Shown: positions 12,262 to 26,400, numbered from the whole stretch's first letter. The stretch: DNA of 63,396 bases, filler included, from Choristocarpus tenellus KU-1152 (GCA_964200185.2; 13 parts of 13 records of this genome joined end to end with filler, not necessarily neighbours in it), one strand, 5' to 3'. The notes: generated by a model not told the origin, from the letters alone. A program made the numbers and translations.

Positions 12262-15122
12262 ATGCCCGACCCTCCATCTTATGGATTTTATCGGAGCGAG
12301 AGGTTCTACACCCCAGCGCTGGGTGACACCCCTGGCCCTGGTCAATATGATCTTGGGACGGCCATGACAGACTCTTCTAGTTCAGGGGTGTTCGCCAAAA
12401 CGGGACCTGCAACTGCCACAAAAGATGCATATTCTCCAGGTCCTGGTTACTACAATGTCGAGGAGAGCATAAGTTGCCGTGCTCACTCGTACAGTTTTCT
12501 CGGGAAGCACAAACAAAGGTCCCATGACGATGTGCCAGGACCAGGAGCGTACAATATACAAATAGGTATGACGGCCCCAGCCTTCTCTATGTATGGCAGG
12601 AGGAATACCAAGGACAAAGGCGATGAAAGGTGAGATAAGCACACTAACCTATGGAGCCATATTGGAAATTTCAAAACTACATTAGTAAAGACCTCTCATT
12701 AACTAACGGCTTATCTAACACAGGGTAAATCTCGCGAACCACGATCTTTCTCCATTTGAATTCTCCACTTTCATTATCCATGTGACCCCTGGAAGTTACG
12801 CACAGCAATGCGTTCATGGGTGGAAATTTGTGTACCTAAGATAATGTATCTAATTCCTCGCCCCCCTATCTCATTCCTTGATTCGTCTTTTCTCTGAAGC
12901 CCGGGCCCTGGTTCGTACAATCTCACGTTGAGACCTTCCAAACGCGGAATTTACATGCTTGGTGGTGGGAATTATCGCTCAGTTGTAGACACCCGTTCTG
13001 CGGGAAATGGAAAGGACACCCCAGGCCCTGGAGCATACGAGATAGTTTCAATGCGGGATGGACCCGCCTACAGCATTGTAGGGAAGACCTCATCAATGCA
13101 AAACCAAGCCGAGACTCCAGGTCCCGGGGCCTATGTTGTTCCTGAAAGAGAGTGCAGTGGGACCTATGGGATGTGGCCCTTCCGAAAGATCACCCCAGAA
13201 GCCAACACAGAATGGGATAGGGAGACCAATGTTCCTGGACCTGGATCTTATGATCTCGGGAGTACACTATCAGGGGGGAGCAAAGGTATTTCTATGGGCC
13301 GCAGACCTAAGGTGTTGGAAGCGAGCAATGTCCCAGGGCCTGGAGCGTACCTGGGCCATAACGTACTGGCACCTGAGGTGAACTCTTGGCCAATTGTTGG
13401 ATAGTGATTTGGAGTAGAAGGAGAATTTTACCAAAATTAAGTTGACAAAGAGGTGATGCTAAATATAATATATACCTACATAGTATGCGGCCGGTTATTG
13501 GGTTGTGTCGTTGATGTGGAAGGATTTTGTAATATTATTCTTACCGTTTTCCAATTCAGGGGGGGTATCTACTTCCACGAAATGTATCAAATGAAGCCCC
13601 CCCCGCCCATCAACAAGTAAACTATCCTCCTCATGCATCAAGTATGAAAGCAAGATCTGGTGGGTAGGTTGATGCTTCATCATAAGCACAAACATATATG
13701 TCCCGTCTTTGCCTCCTCCCCTCAACCTCCAGTTGGTCACGCATCTAGTTGGGTCCATAAGAAGATACTCGGAATATCTATGTACCTCTGTTGCGAAGCA
13801 CTCCTCCTCTGTATATCCTAATGGCACGCTGACATTGGGACCAAGAGCGGTGAACGTGCGAGCTGGTTTAGTATGCTTCACCTCAAGATTCCATCTAGGG
13901 CAGTATTCCGTCCAATGAGGAAGGGTTGAGTGTGTACACACATCTGACTCAACAGTGCAGCTTTTGCATCTTTTTTTCTCATGGAGGCCATTTTTTTCTT
14001 TACAACAGAAAGATCATGGATCGTTTATAGAAAAATGTGTAACAGGTGAGCAGGAAAGATTTGAACAACATTCCCTCACCCCTATAATACCTCCTCATTT
14101 TTTGCCTGCAGAAGCGACCACATACTGCCAGTATGGGCAAATGCTCAAAAAGGTGGGATAAATCAGTTCCTTCCACTGCCTGTGTTCCAGGGCCTGGACA
14201 TTATGACATTGAGCCCTTTGAAAAATCCATGCGACCTCTGGGAATAACCATCAGGGGGCGGCTGAAGGCGGTAGGGCAGATGGATCCTCTCACACCAGGT
14301 AACAAAGTCTAAGTATGACACACACGTTGTGACAAACAAAAGCATGACTTCAGCACACATTCACAGTATTTTTTTGTCTCTTTGTTCACCATGATTCTAA
14401 AACAAAGATGCCTACTTGAACACAAGTGGCTTCTCAAGGGGCCTATCAATGGGGCAATGAAAATGTGCTGTTCACCTTGATTGTTGTTTTTCACAGATCT
14501 TAACCAGAAGGATGTAGTGTGTTGCTTATCAAGGCTTCATATCACCACAAGAAACCAACTCTTGAGAGGTCAAGCACAAGAGGAATACGTTTCTCGACTC
14601 TTCCTGACCTTAATGCTCTGAACACAAAAGGTTGGTTAGTGCCACAAGATTGGGTTACTCTGCTTAACCTACAGGCAGGCACCCTTCGCCTTTGTACCAG
14701 CCCTTGCCACACAAACCCCTATCTAATACCACTCAATCTACTACTTCCTAACCCCTCTCAACTACCCCTATTACCCACTGCCAGCACTCAATACCCCTCA
14801 CATCACTTCCTTCTCCGAACTTCCCGCCACATCCTGCATATGAGATTATTTACCCACTAACATTTTACAAGCAGAAACTGTCTGGGACAAGAAAATGATA
14901 ACACACAACCAACTCAACTGAATGTGTATAAATAAATATGCTACTGCACCGCCAGTGCTACAATGCTTACAACAAAGACAAGTCAAGCAAAAGTTTCCCC
15001 CACTTAGTGTTTGTTGAGACTTCTGAGACCCCCCACTTGCTCTATCCCACAGTAGTACACTTTGATGAGGATAAGTACAAAAAATGATGATATTCCACAC
15101 GCTTTGAACGCAGATAGTTCAA

Positions 15123-15153
<31 letters not shown>

Positions 15154-15497
15154 TCGAGGGAATATCATGTTCGGAGTATTGTCATTTCGCTTGATCCAGC
15201 AAGACATTTAATCTCGTTCGAAAAACTGCAAGAGTAGTATAACTGTGCCTCCCTTCTGTACCAGCCCATTTCTGATATTCACATTTCCAACCCACGTACA
15301 TGTTGCTTACACCCACCCCCCACCACACTACGACCACCTGTTTGCCCCGTTCCCCTTGCTTTCCAAGGTCCTGGGCACTACATCAGGCAACTATCTACCC
15401 CACTGCGCCGCTGTAGGGGAGGAAATTTGAGCACATCAGGAAGGAACTCCATTGCGAGAAATGAAGAAACTCCAGGACCAGGGTCATACAATATTTG
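12262..15497 (+). CDS. ODF3/STPG-family (SHIPPO / sperm-tail PG-rich repeat) flagellar protein, 3'-partial; exons 12262-12629, 12900-13377, 14112-14298, 15368-15497
   Basis: GT-AG exons join in phase and encode 11 PGPG(Q/Y/A/S/H)Y repeats, the signature of this microtubule-associated family. Confidence 0.88.
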
Positions 15498-15540
15498 GTT
15501 AGTACCCACACATGTACAATGTGTACTGTCTGTTGTGTTG

Positions 15541-15702
15541 GGCTCAAAGTGTCTGGGGGGGGGGGTGACAGCTGTCAATTTGGGGCTCATTTTCCCATGT
15601 TGCAATTTTTGGGTCATTTTGTTGAATTCGTTGGATGGATAATGTAAGTTCACTTCTACTGGTCAGGGACCGAATGGATAACCTGGTGTAGACCCTTACC
15701 CC
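15541..15702 (-). mobile_element. MITE family A, diverged near-full copy in STPG intron, at scaffold end
   Basis: GGCTCAAAGTGTCTG(n)TGACAGCTGTC...GGTGTAGACC is the reverse complement of the 34714-34898 copy. Confidence 0.8.
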
Positions 15703-15920
15703 NNNNNNNNNNNNNNNNNNNNNNNNNNNNNNNNNNNNNNNNNNNNTTAATTAATTAANNNNNNNNNNNNNNNNNNNNNNNNNNNNNNNNNNNNNNNNNN
15801 NNAACACAAGGTTCAAACAATTACTACTCACCTTTGCAGTAGCATGTGTCTAGAAACCCCCCCCCCCTGCTAAATTTGCATATAGAACTACTGGCTCAGT
15901 CTCCTTATCCATTCTAAAAA

Positions 15921-15963
15921 CTGATGCACTGTAATGCAACAAATTTGCATTACAGTGCATCAG
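15921..15963. other. perfect 19-bp inverted repeat (hairpin) in desaturase 3' region
   Basis: CTGATGCACTGTAATGCAA-caaat-TTGCATTACAGTGCATCAG. Confidence 0.9.
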
Positions 15964-16050
15964 CATGCGTCTTCAAGGTTTTCCATGCCAACGCTCTCCA
16001 CGAAGCATTCTTGTCTCACTTTTCTAGAAATATTTAACAAAATTGAGGCC

Positions 16051-19000
16051 TTAACCAATTAGGTTAGCACCCTCATAGAGCATCGAATCAGTAAACTTGA
16101 AATCTGATGACCACGCCTGTAGGAGTGTAGTCCACATTATGCATCAACATCAAGATCAACAGAAAGAGTCTCGTGTTTAGGCAATCAAAAAGATGAGGTT
16201 GGGGTGTTGACTACAATACAACCGGACAAAGTACTTTGGAGCATCTTCAGGGAAATCACTTCAAGTACCCAAAGAAATTACTCAAAAATATCTTCAGACC
16301 ACTCCAAGGTCACAAATTGGAAATGTACAGGATACTCTAATGTTGCCTCAACTACCAGAAATATAGATGGTCCAATAAGGTACGAGTGAAGTGCTGTTCC
16401 ATTGATAGCCAGGTATTGATAGTCAGCACATCAAATACGTGACTTCACAAGACAAAGACAACACTACGAAGTGACACTAAGTGAGAGATACTTAGAAGAG
16501 TAACATCAGAGTGCTATGGACCATAAACATCACAAGAGGGGTGTTTCTAATCACCATTACCATGGCTACGAACAAGTGCATATGTTTCAAAAATTTAGAA
16601 CATGAAACTACTACACCTTGCCACAGGCCTTAGGGTTAGGGTTATGTATGACCTTACATGTGTGCATCCCTCGAAATATGAAAATCATCCACAGACCACA
16701 AAAACAGCAGAGCTAATACGGCATAATAATAAAGTGATTTCTACGACCAGTTCCAATCCCACTACTTGTCTGTTACCATCTCTAACCTGTTTGGCAGTGT
16801 CCTTGAGACCCTTGAAGGTCTCAATGTTGGCCTGAATAAAAGAAACACAATGGTAGTGAAGTCCATGTTTCTCCGCAAGGGCCCTCACACGTGACTGAAC
16901 AGACCTAAGGTTGTACCTAGGCAACTTTGGGAATAGGTGATGCAGTGCCTGGAAAAGGCAGGAGTACAGGGGAGAGGTAGGAAATAAAGCAGTGGCTAGT
17001 GCGGGATAATAATGCATGAAGATATAGCACAATCAATTGGTATAGGCTCCTCTTATGGACAGCTATGGCAACGGCAAAGATAAATTACATGTAGAACCAC
17101 AGGCAACACCTTTAAAAGGTTTTGGAAACCCGCTATATCCTCGAGGAAGACGTCATACAAACCTCATGTGTTACAGGTCATGTTGGACTAGAGGTATTAC
17201 ATTTGTGTGCAACACTGACAAATCTCCAAATACCATACATATTGGGTCACAATGAAAGCAGCATGTACATAAATATCTTAACTCAAAATGTTGAGAAAAA
17301 AGATGATACTTGGTCATTGGGTTGATGTGTGTTAATGTTCTCCTAAAAAGTTCCTAATAGGTGACCAAATTGTGTGTCTGTTAGGGATGCTTGTAACACA
17401 AACACACAAATGCCATGTCCTTGAATGACAATTCAGAATGTATTTTTGAGCGCCCTGAATATGTTGGCAATTCCTGCAGGTAATGTTGCAATTTCTTGAT
17501 CTACTTTGCAGACTTGAGGCATCACAGTGCACAAAAAAGATAGTCATATTGATATCAAAGAGATCACTCTGAGACAAAAAGACAAAGGAAAGTGAATACC
17601 AAGCACTGGGCATGCATGAAATACAAGTACTAGCACCTCAACACCCCTAACCCTAAACCAAAAAAATTGACCAGAAAGACAAAAAAAGACACATATAGAG
17701 CACAGGATAAGAATTGGTACGCATTCCATAAAAGTAGCCACCCATCAAACATCCAGCTTCTCACAAGCTCCCCTGGTACAGATTGAAAGATATATATCGT
17801 CAACATACGAAAGATATATATCGTCAACATACGAAAGACTCAAAAGTTGACACCGCAATATTTAGAGTACAATTGGAATCTGTACCTGGAATTGTAGACC
17901 ACCATGGAACCAGTCCATGCAAGGGTGGCAGTCTACATCAAGAGTGGTGAGGAGCTGTGTTGCCACCCAGCCCTCATTATCATCCCTGTGAAAAACACGA
18001 CAATCATGTGAGATGAGGGACACTCAAAGGATACTCATTCCTCCTCAGACATGACAATTAACTTACCAACTCTTACATGTGTAATATTTTGTTTTATTTG
18101 AGCAGTGCAAGTCAATCATTTTCTCTTCAAACTAGAGACTAGACTAGACTAGAGCAAACTATGGACAGAAGGGGATACAAAAGGCATAATTCACACCAGT
18201 AGAGGTGCCAAAGTGCTGCATCAAGCTCAACACGACTTGAATATCCCATGCCCTTCAAATCTCGGTATTACAATTTGTATTCTCCATAAGGACCAAATAG
18301 ATTGAGAAAGCTATTAACAAGATGGGTTCAATCATTTTACTATCATTGATTTGTTTGAAACAAGAAGGGTTGTCAAAACGTAAGAGTGAGTGTGACAGGT
18401 ATAAAACTATCATATTGTGGTCAGGGTACATGTGAGAAGGAAAGGCTCTATGCCTATTAAGGTTGATCAATGCCAAAGGACCAAAGGCTGCACAAACATG
18501 ATTGTCTTGTTTCAACTTACATGTACTGAGGACGCTCAGTTACAGGCATTGAGAAGTGACTCAGAGTGATCTGGACGTGGAGAATGCCAGAGACAGCATG
18601 GGCCAGCAGGAAGTATCCAGCCTGGTTCCAACCTCCCTGCAAGCATTACCATATGGTTGCAAAGTGGAGAAAGTAACCGATGTTAACATCACAGGGGAGG
18701 TGTTTGCTAGTTACCCAAAGGGCTTCAGCCCATTTGGCCCGTGATTGCAAAGAGTGTGACCTCCGCTTAGACATAAATTTCCATTGCATGCCTGCCTCTG
18801 ACCTCACTATATTGTTCCATAAGTCCAAATGAAACATAAAAGTAGTCCTGGCAGCATTAGCATTACCATTAGTTACCAACCTGTTCCAAGAATGTGGGAT
18901 CCTGTAGGCATCAAATCTAGAAGTGTAGAGGGGTTGGTTTAGTGATCTACAATGAGCAACACATGGATGTGCATAAATCCTTGCACAACATGCGTGAGAT

Positions 19001-22000
19001 TGCAGTAAGGAGATATCTCGTAGTCGTGACTCTCAGAAATACACAACTTCCAAAGTATCTCTTGCACAATCATCAGCACATCAAAGACCAAGTCAGAGAA
19101 AAGAATCTAGCAAATGAAAAAAAAAATAGATTTACATAGAATCTATCCAGTTCATGCAGCACAAATATACACACAAAAAATCCAACACCTCTTGAATTTC
19201 AATAACATCACTTAGAATTATTGATGACTTAATCGCAATGACTTGTAACACAATATTAGTCACTTACAAAGCACATGTCACTGTTCATATCGTAATGTTC
19301 ATAAAACAAAAAAAGCTGAAGCAGCGAGAGCAACTGTTTGCTCACCTTGTCATTACAATGCTCTGGCATGAATGCAGAGTGATACATCAAAATTGCTAAT
19401 ATAGGAATGAGGCTTTGTTTTGCAGTCAAGAAGTGAGGGTAGTGATGAAATCAAACCTTTCATTCCTCATGGATAAAATATCTACAGTTCAATCAAGAAT
19501 CAAATGGTTTGCCACTCTAATCACAACACAGGACACCACAGATCGAGATATAACCTACCTCAAACAAGGAGCAAAGGTATCCATTCCAACCAAAGAAGAC
19601 TGCATATGCAGCAATCTCATGCACACGGTGCTTGGCACGAGTCTTGCTGAGAATAAACACAATGGACTGTACATACAGGAACGCGCGACTTATACACCTG
19701 TACAAGGTTTCAAAGTCATGGAGGAGAGGCTTAGACAATTGATTTGTAGTACCTTCAACAGTGAACTATTAAAAAATCACTGTTGATTAGTATTGGTATA
19801 GTGGGTTCAACTCTCGAACTCAACACAACATTTTTGAAATGGAAAAGTATTTGAGTAGCAGTGCGTAGCACTTTAGGACCAGTTTCAGTACAATGGGAAT
19901 GAAGAATTATCTGAACAGAGAGAGATGCTACACAATCATTCCAGATACAACAGACCCATCAGATTTGATTATTACCATAAAAAACAAATGAAGGGCGGAT
20001 GAGCATTGCAGCAGGCAATACAACAAAGAGGCAGGTCACCGTGTGCAAATTGTGCGGATTCTAATTCTGCACACTCTATAAACTCTGAAGAAGAGCCTGG
20101 TATGAAGACCTGAATCACTCTTACTCTGCGCACCTTGACCCACTGTCCCCTGTGCCTTAGCTGGGCCGCCAGAGATCCAGTGGGGGGAAGGGCTGTTGTG
20201 CTCACATGATGGGGTAGAAGAGGATGTGCTGGACGGAGACGAGGCAGCGGCCAAGGAAGTCCCAAGACATCACTCTCTCATGGTACGTGGAGTATAGAGA
20301 TGCAAAGAACTTAGGGGAGATGGCCATGAAAGGGAGATGCTGAATATCTGGATCTGGAGTGATGCATCATCGTAGTTAATAGTTTACAGTTAAGACAAGG
20401 AGTTGAGTTGGATACAAGGAGGGCAGATATTTAAACTTGGCATGGGACAATTTTCTATTGGTTTAAAGCATACCTTTCTTTTCTCGCTGAGGAAATATCT
20501 GTAGCCCCACAAGCAAGCCCATGCCACACAATACGTATGTGTGCACAAGGGAAGGGCAGAAACCAGGAACGTTACAAAACAGATGTTTGGAGGTGCCTAA
20601 GCAGTAGACCAGATTATGTGACAAAAGTCAACAACAAAGGAAACACACTACCACCCGATCGTTGGCTATGGAACAGTTTTCTCGTGTGGAGATAATAGTA
20701 ACTGAATGTCCTACTCATAGTCGTGATGTATGTCGGAAATGTAGGTATAATAGTGCTCACCACAGATGACGTCATTGCACACAACATGGTGTATATTATG
20801 TGAGTCGATCCACCACTCTGGTCCAATTCCAAGCATAGGAAGGATCATGCAGTAAGCTGTGAAGTCATCTGAGGCTGCGGCAATCAAATAGTACCACAAG
20901 TAAATCATGCAGTTATTGAGGTGGTGAGATTTGAAGTTTGCAAAAAATATTGTTAGTCTGACTTAATGCCAAGCTACCCTGCTACCTCTGTTTAATGCAA
21001 AACTTCTGGTGGTGCTGGTGCATAAAGAAACCCATCAAATTATTCATCATCTAAACATTAAACTTTTAACTGTCGTGAAAGTCTCACACTCCCTGCTCAC
21101 CACGGTTGGTCATGTGACTCCTGTGTCCAGCATCATGACCAAGGAAGGCCAGCTGCTGCCAGTAGAGGCCTACCAAAGCAGCACCTAGCATTTGCACTGA
21201 GGTTTGCCCTTGGAACATGATGATTAGGGTCACGGCCACCACTAGGATAGGAAGGAGTATAAAGTACCTCTTAAGGAAGAAGGAGTCATCAATCTGAGGG
21301 AGGGAGGAAGGAGGTTATTTAATCGATTTTATACTGCACATGGACGAGTGGGGTGGAAAAGAAAGGTGCTTGGAATGGTATATGATGGAACTGGACCGAG
21401 CTGTCACCATCTATCGCATCGTGAGGATATCGAAAAATAACACAATGGTCATCCACTAGTTGAACGAAAATCCATTCCTCTCAGCTGCATTTATCACGGA
21501 TGAAACTCACCACAAAAAGCCCCTCATCAGTGATCTGCTGCTTCAAGGCACGGAACTCCTTGACTAATGCCGATGGGCTGTATCCTACCAATGTTCCCAC
21601 CCGAAAATTCTCCAGTTTCTCGCGCTGACGAGGTTCGTGGTGAAAGGCTTCGAAAACATCTGTGACATCCCTTCCAGAGATATCCACGATGTTCCGTTGC
21701 CCCCCTGGATGATGCGGCGCCCACTTTGTCATATCGTAGACACCATCCCCAATTACAACCCACGCATCGTTCTGATTGTTGTGTAGGCGGACATCTTGAA
21801 TTCGGTACACAGGGTAAGAACGCTTCTCAGCAGCTTTCTTCTTACCGCCATTTCCGGCAACGGATACGTCCGCACTCCGGGCTTTGGTCTCAAATTTAGC
21901 ATTTTTCCTATTCTCTCTTGCCCATTTGCTCGTCGTTACAGCAACGAGGGAAGCAAATATTAATGGAATCAGCCCTACCAAATGAGAACCCTCAAACGAC

Positions 22001-22077
22001 TTGGGTAACAAGGACTGGCCACGAGCTACCCAGCTCTCGACATCGGACGAAGATAACATGCAGAATGCTGATGCCAT
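16051..22077 (-). CDS. cytochrome b5-fused front-end desaturase, sphingolipid delta-8-desaturase-like; complete, 9 exons (22077-21511, 21293-21101, 20874-20761, 20353-20206, 19697-19559, 18636-18521, 17985-17886, 16948-16787, 16116-16051), 534 aa
   Basis: All introns are GT-AG and phase-consistent (1605 nt in total). It carries the HPGG heme motif, His boxes HDAGH, WWIDSHNIHH and QALHHLFP, plus DPDIQHLP, LHVQITLSHF, DWFHGGLQFQ and C-terminal LYEGANLIG*. Confidence 0.92.
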
Positions 22078-22380
22078 AGCTCTATCCGTCCAGAGTCCTA
22101 TTGGCAGCACCAGTTGCCCTCCTCTACACTATCCCCTCTCCTCCAAATCCACTTTGAGATTAGTCAGGTAACACAATGAAACTGGAAGAATAAAACTCGC
22201 ATAAGTCAATACGAGAATACGAACTGTATTTCACAATGAATATTAGATCAAACATTATATTCAAAATATCAAACAACAAAAGCAATACATCTTTTCCTGT
22301 TACTCTTGTGATTGGTGATTGGCCATGTTGGTTGTATCTTGCGTTTGGATTCTCTCCTTTCTACTTGGTATTATTTTTAT

Positions 22381-22426
22381 TATTATCTCTGACATTTTGC
22401 AGAGGTGTCAGGGGGGAAACCAATGA
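22381..22426 (+). repeat. ~50-bp dispersed hairpin repeat (family C)
   Basis: Consensus TTATTATGCCCTCTGACATTTTGCAGATGTGTCAGGGGAAA-CCAAT. Other copies at 22598-22645, 27431-27480, 33864-33912, 33922-33972, 44088-44142, 44426-44470, 44764-44810 and 44827-44875. Confidence 0.85.
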
Positions 22427-23450
22427 AATCGTATGTTGTAAATATGATTGGATTGAATTTGGGGTGTCATAGAAAAAATAATATATTTAATGAATGAGTT
22501 ATAATATTATAACGTATACAAAATGTGTGTCTCCATCGTGCATGTATTTCGAATATAATATAATAACGAGGGAAGCAAGTATCAATGGAATCAGCATATT
22601 ATTATGCCCTCTGACATTTTGCAGGTGTGTCAGGGGGGAAACCATTATATTCATTGGTTTCCCNNNNNNNNNNNNNNNNNNNNNNNNNNNNNNNNNNNNN
22701 NNNNNNNTTAATTAATTAANNNNNNNNNNNNNNNNNNNNNNNNNNNNNNNNNNNNNNNNNNNNGGTATACACAGGACTTATTGTACCAACAGTGGTGAGG
22801 GTGGCAGTGGGCATGGTGGCGATCCCATGCATGCTTAGAAGCACTCATCCAATAAGAAAAAGAACTGCACACTCAGGGTAATGTTAGGCTCTATTTTCTT
22901 TGTAACATGCATTGCCAGGACAATATTTGGGGGCTAGTTGTTGTATAACATCTCTTGTCCATGGAATGGTCGAGTCTATTAGATCTAAAGCACTAGTATG
23001 ATGACTTACATCTGTTATAACGGCAATGGTCGGTACCATCTGATCTATAGTGACCATTGTCCAGCAAATGCTTGAACATATTTTCCTGTGAATTCCGTAG
23101 TGAGGACACACCCACATCCATTTGGTCAACTGTTACTATTTCACAAACAAATTTGATCTTCTCAGACCTGTGACCAGAGGTTATAGAGCAGAGAAAAGCA
23201 GTAATGGAAGAAATACAGGAGAAGGAAGCAATTACACAAGAAGGAACCCCCCCCATACACAACACCTGTTTTCAACGTCTGTTGCCCAGCAAACACTAAA
23301 AGAGTCATTTGGTGTCTAACCCCCTTTTCAGTAAATGCTTTGTCCCTACATAGTGCTGTGTAAATGTTAACTCGTCTTAGTCCTAGGTGTGAAGAACCTC
23401 CACCATAACCCCCACATTTGGTACCATGTTCTAGAGATCATAAAAACCAC

Positions 23451-26400
23451 CTGCCACGTGAAGGTCTCCTTGGTGTAAACCCCTTGAGATAGCAAAGAAA
23501 TCCCCTCTGCCTGGCACACCTGACATACAAATCATTAACACAAACCAAAGGGGTAAGGGATAGGTGGGGGGGGTGGGNNNNNNNNNCGCAAACGCCTAAC
23601 AAAAAAAAAAAAAAAAAAACAAAAGGGGGGAGGGGAGGGGGGGGGGGGGGGGGGGGGAGAGAGTGGGAATGAAACAAGTATCATGTACAAAGGCTTGAAT
23701 CCATACACTGGCAAATATTGATACTTCAATTAAGACCCCCCAAAACAACATATTTGCAAAAAGAACCAACAGATAAAACAGGGCAATGGCACCAGCAAAG
23801 CTATCATAATTCCTCAATGTCCCTCTCCCTCCTCAGCTCCTTAACAATGTGGTTGGCAAGGACACGTCCATTATCAACACTTGTTCACAACCTCATCATG
23901 CAACAATGCCCCTCCAACAATAACATGACATAACAGCACTGCGCCTAGCAATAAGCCAAATGAATGTAATGTAACAGCTAATGCTTTCTATTCAAGTCTA
24001 GATAACCTGCACTCACAAATCCTCCTCTGAGCTGCCAACTGTCATCTCCAACTAAACTAATTGAATAATTTCTCCATACCCTTCAGGATCAGACCACAAA
24101 TGTGTGATTGAACCTCAAGTCCTAGGCATTCAACCAAAATTACTCTCCTGTGAGCAGGAGTTTCATCCACCATAACCACCATCTATCACCAAACCTGTCA
24201 TCCTAGGTATTTCAGGGCACTTTGTTTTCTCACTCTACACCATGCCCCAGTTGCATGCACAATACCCCCCATTCCCAAACAGACACAAGCCTTGACACAC
24301 CTCCAGATAATGATCCCATGCCATGTTCATCAGGTTCCATGATTCAATTGATATCGGAGGCCCATCTGACATGCTGGCATTGAGCCTTGCACGCTCTCCT
24401 TGTTCTCCACGCGCCATCCAGGGCCCACCCATACAGCAGGTGAAAATGGGCCACATCCTTAAGGCTTCAGCACTACACATGTCAAAATCAGCAACAACCT
24501 GATGCAAAAGGATGGAAGGGTCTAAGCTGATGAAGCATATCCCCAATGCCCCTCAATGTATTGTGGAGAGTAGGAAGCTGGCACATAGTTTTGAACCGCA
24601 CCATCTACAAGTCAAGGTATCATTTGAGACAGGGTAGGTAGGTGCGAAGAGTGACATCATACACTCAGTTCAGTGCAAAGTGAGACATGTAAAACACTAC
24701 ATTCTTAGTTTCTAGTTGTCAGATCGGATACGGGAATAAAAAAGAAAAAAAAATCAACCCCTGCCAAGACATCAATACATCCAGCCTTGGCCTACACTAA
24801 CCCCTCCCACAAGTCAAGACCCGTCAGACAACAACGAGAGAGTTGAAACACACAGATGCCCTATTTCTCTCCCCCTCACACACCCTTAGTTCACCAGGTC
24901 CAAGGATAACAAATCACAGTAGAGTCTAAATTCCAGTATTGCAATGCCCCCTGTCCTTTCATGAATCATTTCATATTGCCTGGAAGGACTCCTCTACACC
25001 ATCCAGCAGGGAACCAGTCCGCAGCATGGTCAGTACAGCAGAAGTTCCAGCATAGAAAAAGCTCCCAAATACCATCACAATTGCTATGGCCGCCACAACA
25101 AAAGGAATCAGAACCAGGTATACCATCATCACTGGTATGAGGACCAGGTATGCCTTAAGGGGGAGAGAGAAGGAGGGTGGGGTAGGGAGAAGGGGATGCT
25201 AAGAAGCAGGGGGATGGCATAGGTGAACCATAAGCATAACTTCAATGAAGCAGAAGCAGGATCCATGCATTCAACTCAGTTGGCGGCAACAGTAACAGAT
25301 ATAAACCAAGAAAAATAAAGCGCTTAGAAAGGAACATATTCCACACACATGATCCTAGATCAGTCATGTCAAAATCAGCATATATATTTCAGAGCACATC
25401 TTTCTTATTGTGCTCAAGCTATGCTGGTTAAATACTTGCAGGGTTCATAGCACAAGCACACCTTTTCTATTCCGGCTCACTAGACATGCTCTGTGACAAT
25501 TAGCATTTCCATTATGACACACTAAAATCCTCTGCACCCTTATTGGGTAAAAGGATTGGGGGGGAATAATATCTGCTTACCGGGGAAGGAAATCCAATTG
25601 GTTGCGGTGATTGGCAAGGGGTGGTCCAAAGCCTAAATATGGTGGGGATGAACTTTGGAGCGCATAGGACAAAAACACCCATGGCAGCTACCACACCAGC
25701 AAGGATCCCACAGTAGGAAACCAAGACAATCACCCATGGATTGAAGATGAGGACATTATCATCATCTGAGTCCTCAGAATCTGATTCTGTCTCAGTAGAT
25801 CCTAGGCGCAGCTGGGGAGAAGAGGGGATAAGGTGAAAAAAAGGTTTATAGGGAAAGACAAATCAAAGGTTTTGCCCATCCACTATTTTCAATTTCTGCC
25901 TCATTCAAGTTGTGCAGAGATGAAAGCAAGTGCTTGATCTATAAAAAAAATATTGTTTTCTTTTCTTATAACCCAACAAACTGGGTCTATATCCTTTGAA
26001 TCAACTAAAGCAAATCCTTGACACAAAGCAGTATCAAGTTGGAAATATACCCGGTGACTATCTGTGTTTTCACACTAGGACTGTCACAATACCCTGATTT
26101 CTACAATAGTACCTCACAGAGAGGTATACAGAACAAATTAAAGAGAAGGCAATAATGCGGCGCCAAACCTGGCGCAGGTACCCTGGCACGGTGTGCCGAT
26201 GGAAGTTGTAGAAGTCCACCACCAAAGCCCACCCCTCATGCACAACCGATGCCTCAAATGAAAACAACTGCCGAGCCTGCTGCTGTTCAGGCAGGTCCCG
26301 CTCTTGAGTCCGAGCACCTCTTGAGACCCTCCCAGGTGCGACCCCCCACAAGAGGCCAGAGGTGAAGCTGCTCCTCATAGATGCATCAATCTCAGTTCCC

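Noticed and set aside
15960-16025. Possible final desaturase exon ending in Cys-UGA at the base of the hairpin (read-through or selenocysteine idea)
   Set aside because: The phase does not fit. A better terminal exon (16116-16051, LYEGANLIG*) completes the protein, and no SECIS features are visible.
16685-16786. ORF-track extension of the desaturase C-terminus (VRDGNRQVV...)
   Set aside because: It is intron read-through past the CAG|GTTAGA donor.
23795-23885. Candidate exon VDNGRVLANHIVKELRRERDIEEL in the membrane-protein gene
   Set aside because: It needs an awkward phase-2 junction and runs into stops. Exon 23519-23451 fits phase and motif better.
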